NCBI RefSeq assembly: GCF_006345805.1
Contig: NC_042999.1
Coordinates: 86,180,001 to 86,244,000, forward strand
Source: Octopus sinensis
Taxonomy: Eukaryota
Direction of reading: 5' to 3'
Length of the DNA stretch: 64,000 bases
Part shown: positions 26,855 through 40,450 of the stretch, in pieces
How positions within the stretch are numbered: the stretch's first letter is position 1
Layout: each line of letters opens with the position of its first letter
Notes under the pieces: generated by a model
What the model saw: the letters and a program-made list of their open reading frames with translations, nothing else
Database searches by the model: none
Told to the model about the DNA's origin: nothing
Made by a program: the position numbers and the translations under genes

Positions 26855-27675
26855 CTGTGTGTCTGTACACACTCATATACATATATATGTCTTTCTGCTT
26901 GCCTGTATGCTTGCATGTACGTATGCTTGTTTGTACATATGTATTATAGTACACACACACACACACACAGAGTTACATGCACACTTCACACATACACTCA
27001 CATAAACACTCATGCACTCACACAGCTGCACTCATTACCACAGATTGTATTGGACGTCGTTTAATAAAATGCTTCAATCTCCAGTAGTTAATTTAATGTG
27101 GCCATTTAGTGTACGACGGTGGTGGCAGTGCTGCTGCCGCTGTTACTGTAGCTATCCAAACTATCACTGTTCTTGCTCCTGCTTCCATTGCAGATGGAAG
27201 AAGGTTGATGCTACCTCAGTTAGGTCACTATCAGTTGCTACTGAAGAGACGGACATGACATGTGCGTGTAAGATGCAAAAGAAGAAAGAAAAAAAACAAC
27301 AACAAAATCAACTAAAAATAAAAAAAAGAAGAAGCAAAAACAAGGGAGAAGAGCAGGCAAGTGGAAAATGTAGGAACAGTGAATAGAAGTAGCATAGAAG
27401 ACGAGTGGAATCCTATTAATACGTGAATTTCGGTTGATGTCTATCAGTAATTGACTACAGATGGGATACAACATACACGCAGAGAAACGCTTTCAGATGT
27501 ACATACATAATCACAATAGTATTTGGAGATGTATGTTTAAGAATGATCGTTGAATAAACCAAACAATTTTTGCTGTAAAGTATTCTCGTGATAGGTGGAT
27601 ATGCAAATGTGTGCGGAAAACATAGAAAGTTGCAGTATGGAATAATCACAAATATAAACAATAATTTACAATTTG

Positions 27676-27716
<41 letters not shown>

Positions 27717-27749
27717 TATTATTATTATTATTATTATTATCACTATCAT

Positions 27750-28590
27750 TAGCGAGTCGGATAAAATGCGGAACGGCATTTCTCCCGGCTTTGTCTCTCT
27801 CTGGGTTCAAATTCGTACTGGGTTCAAATTCCGCATACGTCGTCTTGGCCTTTCAACCTTTCTGGAGTGATAAAATAAGTACCAGTCAAGCACTTCGTTG
27901 TTGTAATCGACTAGCTCTCTTTACCCTACAAATTACTGGAAAGGTACCAATGGTAGGAATTCTTCTTCTTCTTCTTCTTCTTCTTCTTCTTCTTCTCATG
28001 ATCATAGTCATCATCATTGTTGTTACCATTATTATTAAGGTGGCGAGCTGGCAGAATCGTTAGCATACCGGGCGAAATGCTTAGCGATATTTCGTCCGTC
28101 TTCACGTTCTGAGTTCAAATTCCTCTGAGGTCGACTTTGCCTTTCATCCTTTCGAGGTCGATAAAATAAGTACCAGTCGAATACTGGGGTCAATGTAATT
28201 GACTATCCCACATTCTCAAATTTCAGGCTTTGTGCCTATAGTAGAAAGGATTATTATTATTATTATTATTACCAGTTGAGCACTGGGGTCAATGGAATCG
28301 ACTTATCCATTCTCCCGTAACAGCTGGCCCTATGCCATCATTTGAAACCTTTATCATTACTATGGAAACAAAGGCGGCGAACTGATAGAATTATTAGAGC
28401 GTCGGACAAAATGCTTTGCCGTATTTCTCCCAATTCTTTATATTTTCAGTTCATATCCCACCGGGGTCAACTCTGCCTTGAATCCCTTCAGAAGTGATAA
28501 AAATAAAATACCAATTAAATGCTGGGGATCAATGGTATCGAGAACTCCCTCCCCTCAAAACTATTGACCTGGTAACTAAATCAGAAACCA
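27750..28590 (+). mobile_element. Cluster of four head-to-tail SINE B copies or fragments separated by (ATT)n/(CTT)n
   Basis: Copies at about 27750-27958, 28037-28250, 28270-28340 and 28371-28590, all in the same orientation. Confidence 0.8.
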
Positions 28591-28714
28591 ATATTTAAGA
28601 AAATATTTTGAGATAAATTTTGAAAACTTACTACGCCACTAAAATAGTTATTTTAATTTGTAACTCGACTTAATTGAATTAGTAATGCTGTATTTCTTAC
28701 ATTACTTGAAGTAT

Positions 28715-28900
28715 ACAACGGCCTGCTGAACTGACTATGATATTAAGACATATAAGTGCGAACGGCAAGTTATAGCAGCCAAATCCCACTGAAATCATGC
28801 ACTACTGTCTTTAGGAGAGAAGTATTAATTAGATAATATTAGTAATATGTGTTCTTTAAACTGAAAGGATAGCCACAACTGAAATACTTTTAAACGTATG
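28715..28900 (-). repeat. Degenerate interspersed repeat (family D), copy 3
   Basis: GCAGCCAAATCCCACTGAAATCATGCACTACTGTC...GGATAGCCACAACTGAAAT weakly matches the other two family D copies. Confidence 0.35.
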
Positions 28901-29004
28901 TTTACTTGATAATGGTCAAAATAGACCTAAACAGCAAAACTACTTTCCTTCGCCTGTCACCCTGTGTTTATATATATATGTATTTATGTATGTATGTATT
29001 TATG

Positions 29005-29038
<34 letters not shown>

Positions 29039-29800
29039 TGTATGTATGTATGTATGTATGTATGTATGTATGTATTCTCTTTCTCTTTTTAACTTTTGAG
29101 TAAATTTTGACCGGCCACCTACTTGGTAGCAATGTTGTGCAGGAAAATATGTTGTTTTAATATCCTATTAAGGTCTTGCAGATTTTTAAAGTCCCAGATA
29201 TTGTGAGCATTTGTGTATGTCTGTTTGTATGTACATGTGTACGTATATGTATATTCCCCGTTTCACACACATTCATAAACATACATACACACATACACAC
29301 ATACAACACATAAATACAAGGGACAAACACTTATTCTGCTTGAAAATTCTTAAAGTTAGGAAAAGCAGTTACATACAATTTTTCAGCTTTTGGTGTTTTT
29401 AAGTGGCAAATATTAAGAAAAAAAGTGGGTACGAATATAATATAAAAACCTAATAAAATACTTTAATAGTTAAAACATTAAAAAATAAAAGATAATCACA
29501 AAGGGTCAGAGTGAAACATATGCAGTGAAGAATGAGTCAGAAAAAAGCAGAAACAAAACAAGATAAAATTGAGGATTTAAGAAGTTATAGAAAGGATGTT
29601 GAAAATAAGAAATCACTATTAAGTTTATTACTTCAATGGCTATTTGAATGAAATAAATGTTTATTGTTTAGGCAGCTCTCTGATATATCAGACATTGAAA
29701 ATGTCTGAAGATGGGACTGAGAGAAGTGGGGGGAAAGACCGAGACGTTAGAGGGGAGACATTTGCATAAGAAATATATATGTGTATATATATGTATATAT

Positions 29801-29895
<95 letters not shown>

Positions 29896-31112
29896 GTGTG
29901 TCCAGTCTTCATATTTACATAACATAATGAAAACGTTTGCTCTATGTATATGTATATATATGTATACACACACATATATACACACACACACATATACATA
30001 TGAAACTGATTTTTATTTACGTACGTTATGTAACTTAGATGTTCTTATTTATGCACTTGCATGCACTGACTCACATCGCACGCGTAGAGGCACACACTAA
30101 TCTACATAAATGATATGTTTGTTTACAAAAATGTCAGATAAACACGCAGTGTAACATACATAGATACTTACACATTTACAAAAAATATATGTATGCCTTG
30201 TGTATGCGCGCATGTATGCATGTATGTATACATATATGTACATATAAAAATAGTTAATTAAAGCTTGGGTATACACCTGGTAGTATGCCAATTAAAGCAC
30301 GTTCACCGTTTATGGCTACCTGATGTCATCCAGAATACTGATATAAATGCCATTAGATATATTTCAGGAATTTTTCAGTTTCGTTGAGTGTTTAACAAGT
30401 AAGTGAAGCAGATAGCGGAATCATTGTGATTAATAAAGAATCGCGTGAATTCCATTTTCTGTTTCTCTCTCTCTCTCTTTCTCTCTCTCTGTCACACACA
30501 CACACACACACACACACATATCATATACTAATATATTATATCGATAAGTATACATCAAACCATAACACAAATACATAAGTATAACAGTGACATTTTTTTT
30601 TTGGTTTTCTGCTTCAAATTTGGACTGTTCAGATTATCGGAATAAATTTGTTTTCTGTTACGAGTCCAAATCAGTCTTTCCTTTCAACACAAACATCTGT
30701 GACTTCGTCTTCCAAAATATGGGAAGAATGATCAGATTTCTGCAGGACTGCTTGAGAAATCTACTTTCCAGAAATTTCTGCTGGTTTTCCAACTTCGACA
30801 CACACACACACACACACACATGCATACATACATACGTGCATACATATGTATGTATTAGTGAATTTTTTCTCCACTTATGCAAGGCATGCAATGCAAAACT
30901 AATATATAATAAAAATGAATGCCAATAAGACATCAGATTTTAATTTAAATCACATATTTTTTATGAAACACAGCTAAAAAGAGGCTACTTGCACCATACA
31001 CGCTCTATGTGAATCATTTGAATTACATTGTATAAATTTTATAATTGTTTTAAGTGAGAGGGGTTACTCCTGAAATAGAAACATACACACATTCATATAT
31101 AAACCTTCAGTC

Positions 31113-31147
<35 letters not shown>

Positions 31148-32254
31148 TGTATGTATGTATGTATGTATTATGTATGTATGTATGTATGTATGTATATATG
31201 TGTGTGTGTGTTTTGTATATATATATATATATATATATATAAATATATAGTCTATAAACTATGCGCTATATATGTATGTGAACATTATATATGTATACTC
31301 ATATATATGTGTATACACACACTCACGTATACATTCATAGACGTGTACATATATTAATATTGATATATATATGTGTGCATATGCGTGAGTGCTTGTGAGT
31401 GTGTGTGTATGTGTGTGTTTGCGTGTGTAGTTGCGTGATTGTGGATTGAAAAGTCGAGTCTGCTGGTGTCGCTTGCAGGAATTTTCCGTTCACGGTCCTC
31501 TGGTAACAGCATATTGTGAAAAGGAAACTTCCACTTCTACTCACGCAAATTCAGCTTTGAATAATGCCAACCTCCCTCTTTCCCTTCCTCAATTATTTAA
31601 ATCGTATATTGATTGCTGAAATAAGCCGGTATATGATTGCCCTCATCTACGGAACCTATGACTTTCCTCCGCAAAACATTATTGGACAATACTCAATCTG
31701 TCTACAACAGACTCAATCTATCGTTGATTATTCTTGATCATGTTTACCTATATTAGGCATCATAAATGAATGTACATATAATGGCTTGCGTGTACATTGA
31801 TGGGTCCCTGTAAGACATATAAGCATGTACGTGTGCATATACATATATATATATATATATATATAAACATATACTCGCATACATATACGTATATATATGT
31901 GTGTATATATATACACATATATACATACACACAACCTCTCCCCCAAACATTCTTTTATTTGACTTAAAATACAACGAAAAACTTTCGATACAATGAATAT
32001 CGGGATCTGAACTTGATGCATCTGTTTATTCCTTTACTCCTACGGAACACTCAACAATATCAAAATTAAGTATCAAGCGGAAATAAATCTCATCATAACT
32101 TTCTATTAACCCACTCCATACAGGTCAAGTAGATATCTTCCTCTGTTCTCCCCTTCATACACAATTACTTCCCCGGTCACCTGCATCACACTTAATTATC
32201 ATTCACATAGTTTCAACTAGCCGGTCCAGAAAAAAAAATCTTGTCAAAGACTTC

Positions 32255-32354
32255 NNNNNNNNNNNNNNNNNNNNNNNNNNNNNNNNNNNNNNNNNNNNNN
32301 NNNNNNNNNNNNNNNNNNNNNNNNNNNNNNNNNNNNNNNNNNNNNNNNNNNNNN
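32255..32354. other. Assembly gap (100 N)
   Basis: Run of exactly 100 N. Confidence 0.99.
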
Positions 32355-33944
32355 AATTGTCGATGTAAAGAATGGCCACCACATCAAACATTTCTGGTCT
32401 TGTACCAAAATCTGAATTTCAATTATTATTATTATTATTATTATATTATTAGGCACATTTTTGAAATCCTGGTAGTTGATATTACTTGAACTTGAGGAGT
32501 TTAACTTCCGTTGCACGCAAACTACATTACATAGCTGTGAAGCAGAACCATAATGCATCAAGGTTACTGGTGGACTTTAATCATTAGCCTTGTCCAAATG
32601 TCGTTTATCGAAATTGAATACAATAATCTGATGATGTATCGGTAAATTTCATAGTGCCACCACTCCTCATGACGTAAGAGCTATCGTCATTCTGTGACAC
32701 TAATTTACTCCGAGATAGACTCGACCGCTTTAGAGTTAACTGTCTGGGCCAAAAAGACGGTTATGTATGACATGATGCGAACTACATCCCTCTTAGCATG
32801 TTGCTCCTTATCTTCCCAACAAATTCGGACATAGACCTCACGATGAATTCAGGTAATATTAACTCAATATATCACTCACAATTCTCATTCATGGTTATAT
32901 ATCGCGAATTCCATTATGTAATATTACATTACATTATATTATGCTGTATTATAATAGATTATATTTAATATATAAATAATTTCTATGTTAATAACCTTTT
33001 GTTGTTTGTTTATAGAAGGTTTGAATATGTAAATTTAGAATGATTCTCTCCTAAGCGTAGGCTTAGTACGAATTTTGTGACAGAGAAGCAGTTGCCCAGG
33101 CTAGCCATCTCCCTCTCCACATCACCGATTTTATCTAAAAGAAAGGCAAAGTCAACAATATATTAGCATCAGTGTCATCACAGGTATTGCCATCGGATCA
33201 AAAAGGGCCGGAACAGATATTAAAAGGCAGTCACATGAACGTTCTAAAAATTCTGCTGTGAAAATGTTCGTTATTTGTCGACCCCAGAAGGATAAAAGGC
33301 AGATTTGAACTCTGGTTTAGTTTATAGTTATTGTAATATGTTACAAATTAACTCAAAGGATTCCAATCTTTGCACATTACGTGTGGTTTCACGTATGTCC
33401 AAAATGGTACAAAGTGTGTAGCCTTTAAAACGGATTTTGTGCATTTACAGAGCGCACCGAACCGTCTTACATAGGATCTTGTTTTTAGGAAATCCCAATA
33501 AGTTATGAATACCAAAATCATTAAGTCAGTTACGTAATAACATGCAACTTAGTTACCCGATAGTAAAAATTCAAATAAAGTAGCCCTGAAAAGAGATTTA
33601 ATGCATTCCCAGAGTATATAGATCTTAGGAGGAAATACCAATAAGTTATGTATGCCAAAATCGTGATATGAGATAATATCATTTGAAAGAAAGTCTGAAG
33701 TGGCATGAAAGACATCGTCATTCATGATATATTAGTGAATAAGTCACTAACGGAAATAAGTGGAACTATTGTTAAGGAAAATACTATTTACTTGTTTAAA
33801 GGTTGTTCTGGGTAAAGTGTGAAAATAACCCTAATAGTTCAGATATGTAAAAAGCCATGTAATTTGCGCACCTGCTTAATTTACGCAGGTGATTTTCAGA
33901 ATTGCCGATATGGACAGGGAATAAAGGTTTTCAATTTAATACTA

Positions 33945-34012
33945 GTGTAGCTCATTTAACAGTGGTGCCCCAGCATGGCCGCAACTTTCGGGCTGAAACA
34001 TTTTAAAGTATT
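33945..34012 (+). mobile_element. Extreme 3' tail fragment of a CR1-type LINE or SINE A
   Basis: GTGTAGC...GTGGTGCCCCAGCATGGCCGCA...CTGAAAC matches the 3' end of the LINE at 38899-38955 (minus). Confidence 0.6.
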
Positions 34013-34268
34013 TAAGGATTTATATATACATATATACATATTTACATATGTTTATGTACATACATTATATATATATATATATATATAATTACATATACAT
34101 ATATATTTTTATATCTATCTATATATATATCGGAGATGTACTCGCATAGCAAGTAGTTTGATCTGAGATCGTGTGCTGAAACGAAAACAATTGCAGCGTG
34201 GAAGGTGTTTATAAGCCATTTAAGAAACACACAAAAGCCGTTCGATTCACTTCAACATTTAAGCTTAA

Positions 34269-34318
34269 TTTGTCAAAATATTTTCGTCGCTAAAATCCGC
34301 GACCTATTCACTGACAAA
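34269..34318 (-). ncRNA. Minimal type I hammerhead ribozyme-like motif (mirror copy)
   Basis: Reverse-complement copy of 34337-34384 with a 7-bp stem I (tttgtca/tgacaaa). Confidence 0.6.
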
Positions 34319-34336
34319 GCCCGTGCTGCACGGGCT

Positions 34337-34384
34337 TTGTCAGTGAATAGGTCGCGGATTTTAGCGACGAAAATATTTTGACAA
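34337..34384 (+). ncRNA. Minimal type I hammerhead ribozyme-like motif (G3/U8 variant)
   Basis: ttgtca GTGAATA g gtcgc-ggatttta-gcgac GAAA atatt t tgacaa: 6-bp stem I, 5-bp stem II, palindromic AATATT stem III. Confidence 0.6.
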
Positions 34385-34466
34385 TTAAGCTTAATGTTGA
34401 AGTGAATCGAACGGCTTTTGTGTGTTTCTTAAATGGCTTATAAGACCTTCCACGCTGCAATTGTTT

Positions 34467-34709
34467 ATATATATATCCATATATATTTATATAAATATAT
34501 GATATATATTATATATATAATATGATATATATATATATATATATATGATATATATATATAATATATATGAATATATATATATATATATATATATTATATA
34601 ATATATATATATGATATATATATATATATATATATTGATATATATATATTATATATATAATGATATATATATATATATATATATGATATATATATATATA
34701 TTATATATG

Positions 34710-34740
<31 letters not shown>

Positions 34741-34770
34741 ATATAATATATATATATATATTATATATAT

Positions 34771-34803
<33 letters not shown>

Positions 34804-35425
34804 GTTTATATATTTTTATATACATATATATATATATATATATATTATGAGGGTGGAGTCTCGACTTGGCCTGAAGCATGGACTCAAACCCAAATGAAAT
34901 GAAATGAAATATATAATTATATATATATTTATATATATGATATATATATTTATATATGTTATATATATATTTTTATATACATACATATATATATATTAGA
35001 TATATATATATAATTATATTATATTCATATATATATGTTTATACATATATTTTTATATACATATTTATATATATATGTTTATACATATATTTTTATATAC
35101 ATATTATGATATATATGTTTATACATATATTTTTATATACATATTTATATATATATGTTTATACATATATTTTTATATACATATTTATATATATATGTTT
35201 AATATATATATAATTATATATATATATAATATATATATTATATTACAATTATATATATATATACAATGTTATATATATAATACAATTATATATATATATA
35301 TTTTTATATACATATTATATATATATGTTTATATATATATAATTATATATATATATATATATATAATTATATATAGATGTTATATAATTATATATATATA
35401 TATAATTATATATATATTATTTATA
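34467..35425. repeat. (TA)n-derived AT minisatellite, including ~40-bp units at about 35030-35200
   Basis: ATATATGTTTATACATATATTTTTATATACATATTTATAT-like unit repeated. Confidence 0.85.
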
Positions 35426-35429
35426 TAAT

Positions 35430-37696
35430 TATGGTTCTCTACATGAAATTCCACCAGCCGAAAGCTAATCCTAGTGACCTTCCTCCAGCCCACCCATTTG
35501 ACAACATGGATCTCCATAAAACATCTTGGCAGATCTTTGTAGACCCGTCACAGACATATGTGCAAAACACTCCCCACCAAGACCTGTGAACAAAAAGTGC
35601 AGAATCCCCCAAAACAGAAAAACCATTATCAGAAAAATAAAAAGAACAAACAAAAAAATTAACAACTAAGTACTGCCAACAGCAACACAACACTTCGACG
35701 GCTATCGCACTGCTTGAATCCAAAAAATATAACCTCCAACAATGCATGAAGACCCTCATCAATAACCAAGATCAGCTGAGGAGAAGTGGGCCATTGAAAA
35801 AATCAAACTCAACCCCAAAGTGTTCTTTTCATTTGCGAGGAAACGCAGGGTCACTGTCTCACTGTAGGCCCTCTAATTGACGAAACTGGCACTCTCCAAG
35901 ATAATGCCAAATCCATGGCCGAGATACTGCAGAAACAATACTGCTCTATGTTCAGCAATCCTGATATGGCCGATCTGGGCTGTATCAGTGATGTCAACCC
36001 CCAACACACTATATCGGACATAACGTTTAGTGCCCCTGATGTCTTAGCGGCGATAAACGAAATAAAAACACAATTCAGCAGTAGGCCCCGATAGGTTCCC
36101 TGCTTGTGTCCTGAAGGTGTGTCGACACCAACTTGCATCTCCCCTTGCTAATCTGTGGAGAAACTCACTGGATGCTGGCTATATTCCAAAAAACCTTCTG
36201 TCCCAGTCTGTTGTCCCAGTTTTCAAAAAGGGAAACAAGTCCCTTGCAGTGAATTACCGTCCGATCTCACTCACCTCTCATATCATCAAGGTATTTGAGA
36301 GGGTGGTGAGATCTCGAATAACCCAATTTCTGGAAAGCAACAGACGGCTGATCTCCAACCAACATGGGTTCCGTAATGGAAGGGACTGCCTAACGCAGCT
36401 CCTGCATCACTTTGAGGACATTTTGAGAGCTTTGGAGAGGGCTCCAACACCGATGTCATCTACCTTGATTTCAGTAAGGCCTTCGACAGGGTCGATCACA
36501 AGATCCTACTGAAAAAACTATCCAACATGGTGTCTCTGGAAAGTTACTGAAATGGATTAAGTGTTTCCTGACAGACAGATCTCAACATGTTGTAGTTGAA
36601 GGGGTAAAATCAAGCCCAGCCAAAGTCAGTAGTGGCGTTCCGCAAGGCACTGTGCTGGGCCCACTTCTTTTCATCATTTACATTAATGACATTAATGACA
36701 TCATCAAGCACAGCAACATATAAAATCTTTGCAGATGACTCCAAGCTACAGAAGGTCATAAATGAGGCGAGTGCCCGGACATGCTTCAGTCAGATCTACT
36801 GGCTGTTATCCAATGGGCAGAAAAAACAATATGCTGCTGAACGAGGATAAATTTAGCTAATCCACTTTGGAAAAGAGGATGCCCTGAAACTCCCATACTC
36901 CCTTCCTTCAGGTGAAACTCTCGCGGCGTCCAACAACATCAGAGACTTGGGAGTAATTGTGGACAACAACGTAAGCTGGGCCACTCATTAAACACAAAGT
37001 TGACATGGCCCGCAGAATGTGTTCCTGGATTCTCAGAACTTTCCAGTCGAGAGATATCCACACCATTATCCTTCTCTTCTCCACTTTTGCCCGACCCCAC
37101 CTTGAATACTTTTGTCCACTGTGGTCTCCCCACACAATACAAGGTATCATAAAAGTTGAAGCACCTCAAAGGGCAATCACAAAAAAGATAGATGGCATGA
37201 CAGGCCTCGACTATTGGGGTCGACTAGAAAAGCTAAAACTCTATTCTCTCCACGTCGTCGTGAGCGCTACATCATCTGCATGATGTGGAAAATATTCCAT
37301 CAGCATTGCCCAAATGATGTTGGCATCACCTTTAAGGTACATCCAAGGCTTGGGCCCCGTGCCATCCGCCCAAAACAAAAATCGCACTCTCATCTCATAA
37401 CAACAATACGGCACAATTATTTCACCTCATGGCCCCGCTCTCTTTAACATTACACCAAAACACATTAAAACAGAAACTGACCCTATAGGGTTCAAGAAGT
37501 CTTTGGACAGATTCCTTCAAGAAATCCCGGATAAACCCCCTACACCCGGATATGTCTCTGTAAACAATAACTCTCTACTTGAGTGGGCCATAGTGCCAAA
37601 ATTCTGACTTGAAAGACTTCACCAGGTGGTGCTATTAAGTTAGACATGGCCTGGGCCAATAATGGCCGAAACCTATCAAAGTATCAAAGTATAAAG
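35430..37696 (+). mobile_element. CR1-clade LINE, 5'-truncated, RT domain with frameshifts
   Basis: NYRPISLTSHIIKVFERVV, QHGFRNGRDCLTQLL, VIYLDFSKAFDRVDH, SGVPQGTVLGPLLFIIYIND, IFADDSKL and RPHLEYFCPLWSP, then a 3' stem-loop and (TATCAAAG)n-like tail. Confidence 0.95.
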
Positions 37697-37699
37697 TAT

Positions 37700-38401
37700 A
37701 TATATGTATTTATATATATATTTATATAGGCATACACACACACACACATATATATATATTGATATATCTATATCTATACATATTTATATATTAATATGTA
37801 TATATATATATATATATATTGATATCTATATCTATACATATTTATATATTAATATGTATATATATATAATTGATATCTATATCTATACATATTTATTATT
37901 ATATATATATATCTATATATATGATATTGATATCTATATCTATACATATTTATATTAATATATATATTATATCTTGATATCTATATCTATCATATTTATA
38001 TATTACTAATATATATATATATATATTGATATCTATATCTATACATTTATATATTATATATATATATATATATTGATATCTATATCTATACATATTTATA
38101 TATTAATATATATATATATATATTGATATCTATATCTATACATATTTATATATTAATAATATATATATATATTGATATCTATATCTATACATATTTATAT
38201 ATTAATATATCTATATATATATATTGATATCTATATCTATACATTTTATATATTAATATTATATATATATATTATATATATATATTGATATACCTATACT
38301 ATACATATTAATATATATATATATTGATATACCTATATCTATACATATTTATATATTAATATATATATATATATATTGATATACCTATATCTATACATAT
38401 T

Positions 38402-38471
<70 letters not shown>

Positions 38472-38600
38472 ATATATCTATATCCTATATATTATATATT
38501 AATATATGTATATAATATTGATATATCTATATCCTATATATATATATTAATATATGTATATATATTGATATATCTATATCTATATATATATACATATATA
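37700..38600. repeat. AT-rich ~40-bp minisatellite
   Basis: TATTGATATCTATATCTATACATATTTATATATTAATATA-like unit repeated more than 15 times. Confidence 0.9.
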
Positions 38601-38760
38601 ATATTAATTAGAGACAAAACCACTATTATGCAAATCAAACAAAGAAAGACTTAATCCAATACATAAAATTTTTTATTTAATTATATGAAATTTTTTATGT
38701 ATTGGATTAAATCTTTCTTTGTTTGATTCGCATAATAGTGGTTTTGTCTCTAATTAATAT
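38601..38760. repeat. Palindrome with 68-bp arms (2 mismatches) and 24-nt spacer
   Basis: 38601-38668 versus the reverse complement of 38693-38760. Confidence 0.92.
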
Positions 38761-38898
38761 TATATAATATTTTACTATAAAATTGGATTCAATCCTAAAT
38801 CTGATTTTTCCCTGTAAATTTGGATTTATTCCCAAATATTTATTATTATATATACATATATATATATAATATATATGTATATATATATATATATATAT

Positions 38899-39840
38899 TT
38901 TCTAGTTTCAGCTCAGAGCTGCGGCCATGCTGATGCACCGCCGTTTTGTGCTACACTGTTATTACGACGAACCTCGTCTAATATGTGGCACTTGGTGAAG
39001 AATGGAGTTTGATAAAGCTACTCTCAGATGAGGTAGGTTCATCTGGGACTCTTGACAGGAAGATGTCCAGCTTTGATTTAAAAACCGCTACATCTACTTT
39101 GTGCAAGTTCCTCAGACTCCCTGGGAGAATATTAAAAAGCCGTGGGCCCTTGAAACCCAGGCTGTTGCAGAAGCTGCTCCTGAAGCGTGATGGCATTGCT
39201 GGGATCTTTGGCACTATGCAGTGTCGTCCCGTTCTAGCATTGGTGTAGCTTACAATGCCAAAATTCCAGACATATATTACTGCATACCTCTCCCGTCTTC
39301 TCTTCAGGGAGTAGAGTCTTAGTTGTATCAACCTTTCCCAGTAGCTGAGCTGTTGCAAAGAGACGATCTTCTTTGTGAATCTTCTCTGGATTGCTTCAAG
39401 GTCTGCTGTTAATTTTACACTGGTGGGTGACCATAGCTGTGAGCATTAATCCAGGCGACTGAGGACGAATGTCCGCCAGAGGACCATCATAGTTTCCTTA
39501 TCTCTGGTTCTGAATGTTCTTAGGATCCACCCAGCCAGTTGTCGCCATCCTGGTAATGTGCACTTGGAAAGAGGTATCATCACTGATGGAAAGAGGTATC
39601 ATCACTGATGTCGATACCCAGGTCCCTCACAGACTTAGGCTCTGGGATTGAAATTCCCCGTGGACCGGTGTATCCTGTAAGTTTAATATTCACTTTTGGA
39701 TGCTGGTAGCGCAGGGCCTGGAATTTTTCAGCATTAAACTGCATATTATTATCATCAGCCCATTTGTAGATTGAGTCCAACCCCTGCTGCAGGTGTGCAA
39801 CATCGCTGGGGTTCTGTATTTTCGGCGAGACTTTCGTATA
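38899..39840 (-). mobile_element. CR1-clade LINE 3' fragment (second subfamily)
   Basis: Minus strand TKVSPKIQN...LQQGLDSIYKWADDNNMQFNAEKFQAL, VRDLGI and SYWERLIQLRLYSLKRRRERYAVIYVW. It carries an internal 22-bp tandem duplication at 39566-39609. Confidence 0.92.
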
Positions 39841-39862
39841 TAGTATATATAACATATATGTA

Positions 39863-39900
<38 letters not shown>

Positions 39901-39907
<7 letters not shown>

Positions 39908-39969
39908 ATATTTCGGAATGGTCATATTGCCAGTTTAGCCAAAAATCTTGCACAACAAATATTTAAACG
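39901..39969. mobile_element. Family E mini-fragment with internal inversion, in (TA)n
   Basis: 39901-39942 matches 16061-16102. 39941-39969 matches 16437-16465 but in the opposite relative orientation. Confidence 0.8.
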
Positions 39970-40004
39970 TATATATATATATATATAATATATATATATA
40001 TGCA

Positions 40005-40053
<49 letters not shown>

Positions 40054-40075
40054 ATTTATATACCTTTATATATGT

Positions 40076-40370
40076 ACTCTTTACTCTTTTACTTGCTTCA
40101 GTCATTTGACTGCGGCCATGCTGTAACACCGCCTTTAGTTGAGCAAATCGACCCCAGGACTTATTCTTTGTAAGCCTAGTACTTATTCTATCAGTCTCTT
40201 TTGCCGAACCGCTAAGTTACGAGGCCGTAAACACACAGGCATCGGTTGTCAAGTGATGTTGGAGGGACAAAACAGACACACAAACACACACACATATATA
40301 TATGCATATACATATATACGATGGGCTTCTTTCAGTTTCCGTCTACCAAATGCACTCACAAGACTTTGTA
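40076..40370 (-). mobile_element. SINE family A, head truncated
   Basis: Clear tail GGCGGTGTTACAGCATGGCCGCAGTCAAATGACTGAAGCAAGTAAAAGAGTAA; the body matches 144-200. Confidence 0.9.
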
Positions 40371-40374
40371 GAAG

Positions 40375-40450
<76 letters not shown>

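Larger units (their letters stand above)
34130..34466. mobile_element. Palindromic Penelope-like terminal-repeat element embedded in (TA)n
   Basis: Arms 34185-34326 and 34328-34466 with a 1-nt centre at 34327. Each arm carries a hammerhead-like motif. Confidence 0.7.

Noticed and set aside
30270-30400. LWLPDVIQN, resembling the Cys-loop receptor W.PD motif
   Set aside because: Wrong spacing, no acceptor, and a stop soon after; likely chance.
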